In this document: positions 17,945 to 18,099 of the stretch, one piece after another
Numbering within the stretch: position 1 is the first letter of the stretch
Layout of the letters: each line of letters opens with the position of its first letter
DNA from: an uncultured Methanosarcinaceae archaeon
GTDB taxonomy: Archaea; Halobacteriota; Methanosarcinia; Methanosarcinales; Methanosarcinaceae
NCBI GenBank assembly: GCA_963721455.1
Contig: CAVRJG010000023.1
Span: 1-18,099 of the forward strand
DNA: 18,099 bases
Reading direction: 5' to 3'
Notes under the pieces: generated by a model
Seen by the model: only the letters and a program-made list of their open reading frames with translations
Told to the model about the DNA's origin: nothing
Database searches by the model: none
Made by a program: the position numbers and the translations under genes

Positions 17945-18099
17945 GTCACACCCGAAGCTTTGTTTCTTAAAATAGTTCCTCAATAACAAAAAATTAGAAA
18001 AATAAAGAAAGTTGCCTCGTTTTTTGTTTACTTTATTAAAAATAGTGAAATTCGGAATTTTTATTTTTTGTAGAAGTCCTAATATAGAGTGCAACTTTC

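Noticed and set aside
17752-18094. Minus-strand ORFs 17752-17949 and 17861-18094
   Set aside because: Translations of the repeat array and AT-rich DNA; the 60-bp period keeps a frame open by itself. A 20-aa repeat peptide cannot be fully excluded.

Overview
AT-rich archaeal DNA, most likely Methanosarcina or a close relative (inferred from the MEDS-PAS histidine kinase, GGTGA/GAGGTGA ribosome-binding sites and IS repertoire). The window is an IS and MITE graveyard. It holds complete IS701-, IS1634- and IS5-family elements, a truncated second IS701, an IS6 remnant, several solo IS ends and about eight miniature elements, several sharing ends with a larger IS or IS remnant in the same window. 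Most host genes are frameshifted or truncated: a bile acid:Na+ symporter, a LURP-one-like protein, a NifH-like protein, an acyltransferase-3, a histidine kinase with five frameshifts, and smaller genes. Apparently intact genes are a 407-aa secreted glycoside-hydrolase-like protein, a coiled-coil protein and a small Cys4 protein. The non-coding features most worth follow-up are: a 60-bp-period array with ORB-like TTCCAGTGGA boxes at the right end (candidate replication origin); a degenerate leucine-type tRNA with a GAA (Phe) anticodon; a GC-rich structured island at 7188-7295; a tandem palindromic operator; and a 550-bp unit bounded by perfect 19-bp inverted repeats carrying a gene fragment with an in-frame amber codon. 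All family assignments are from motif recognition by eye; no searches were run.
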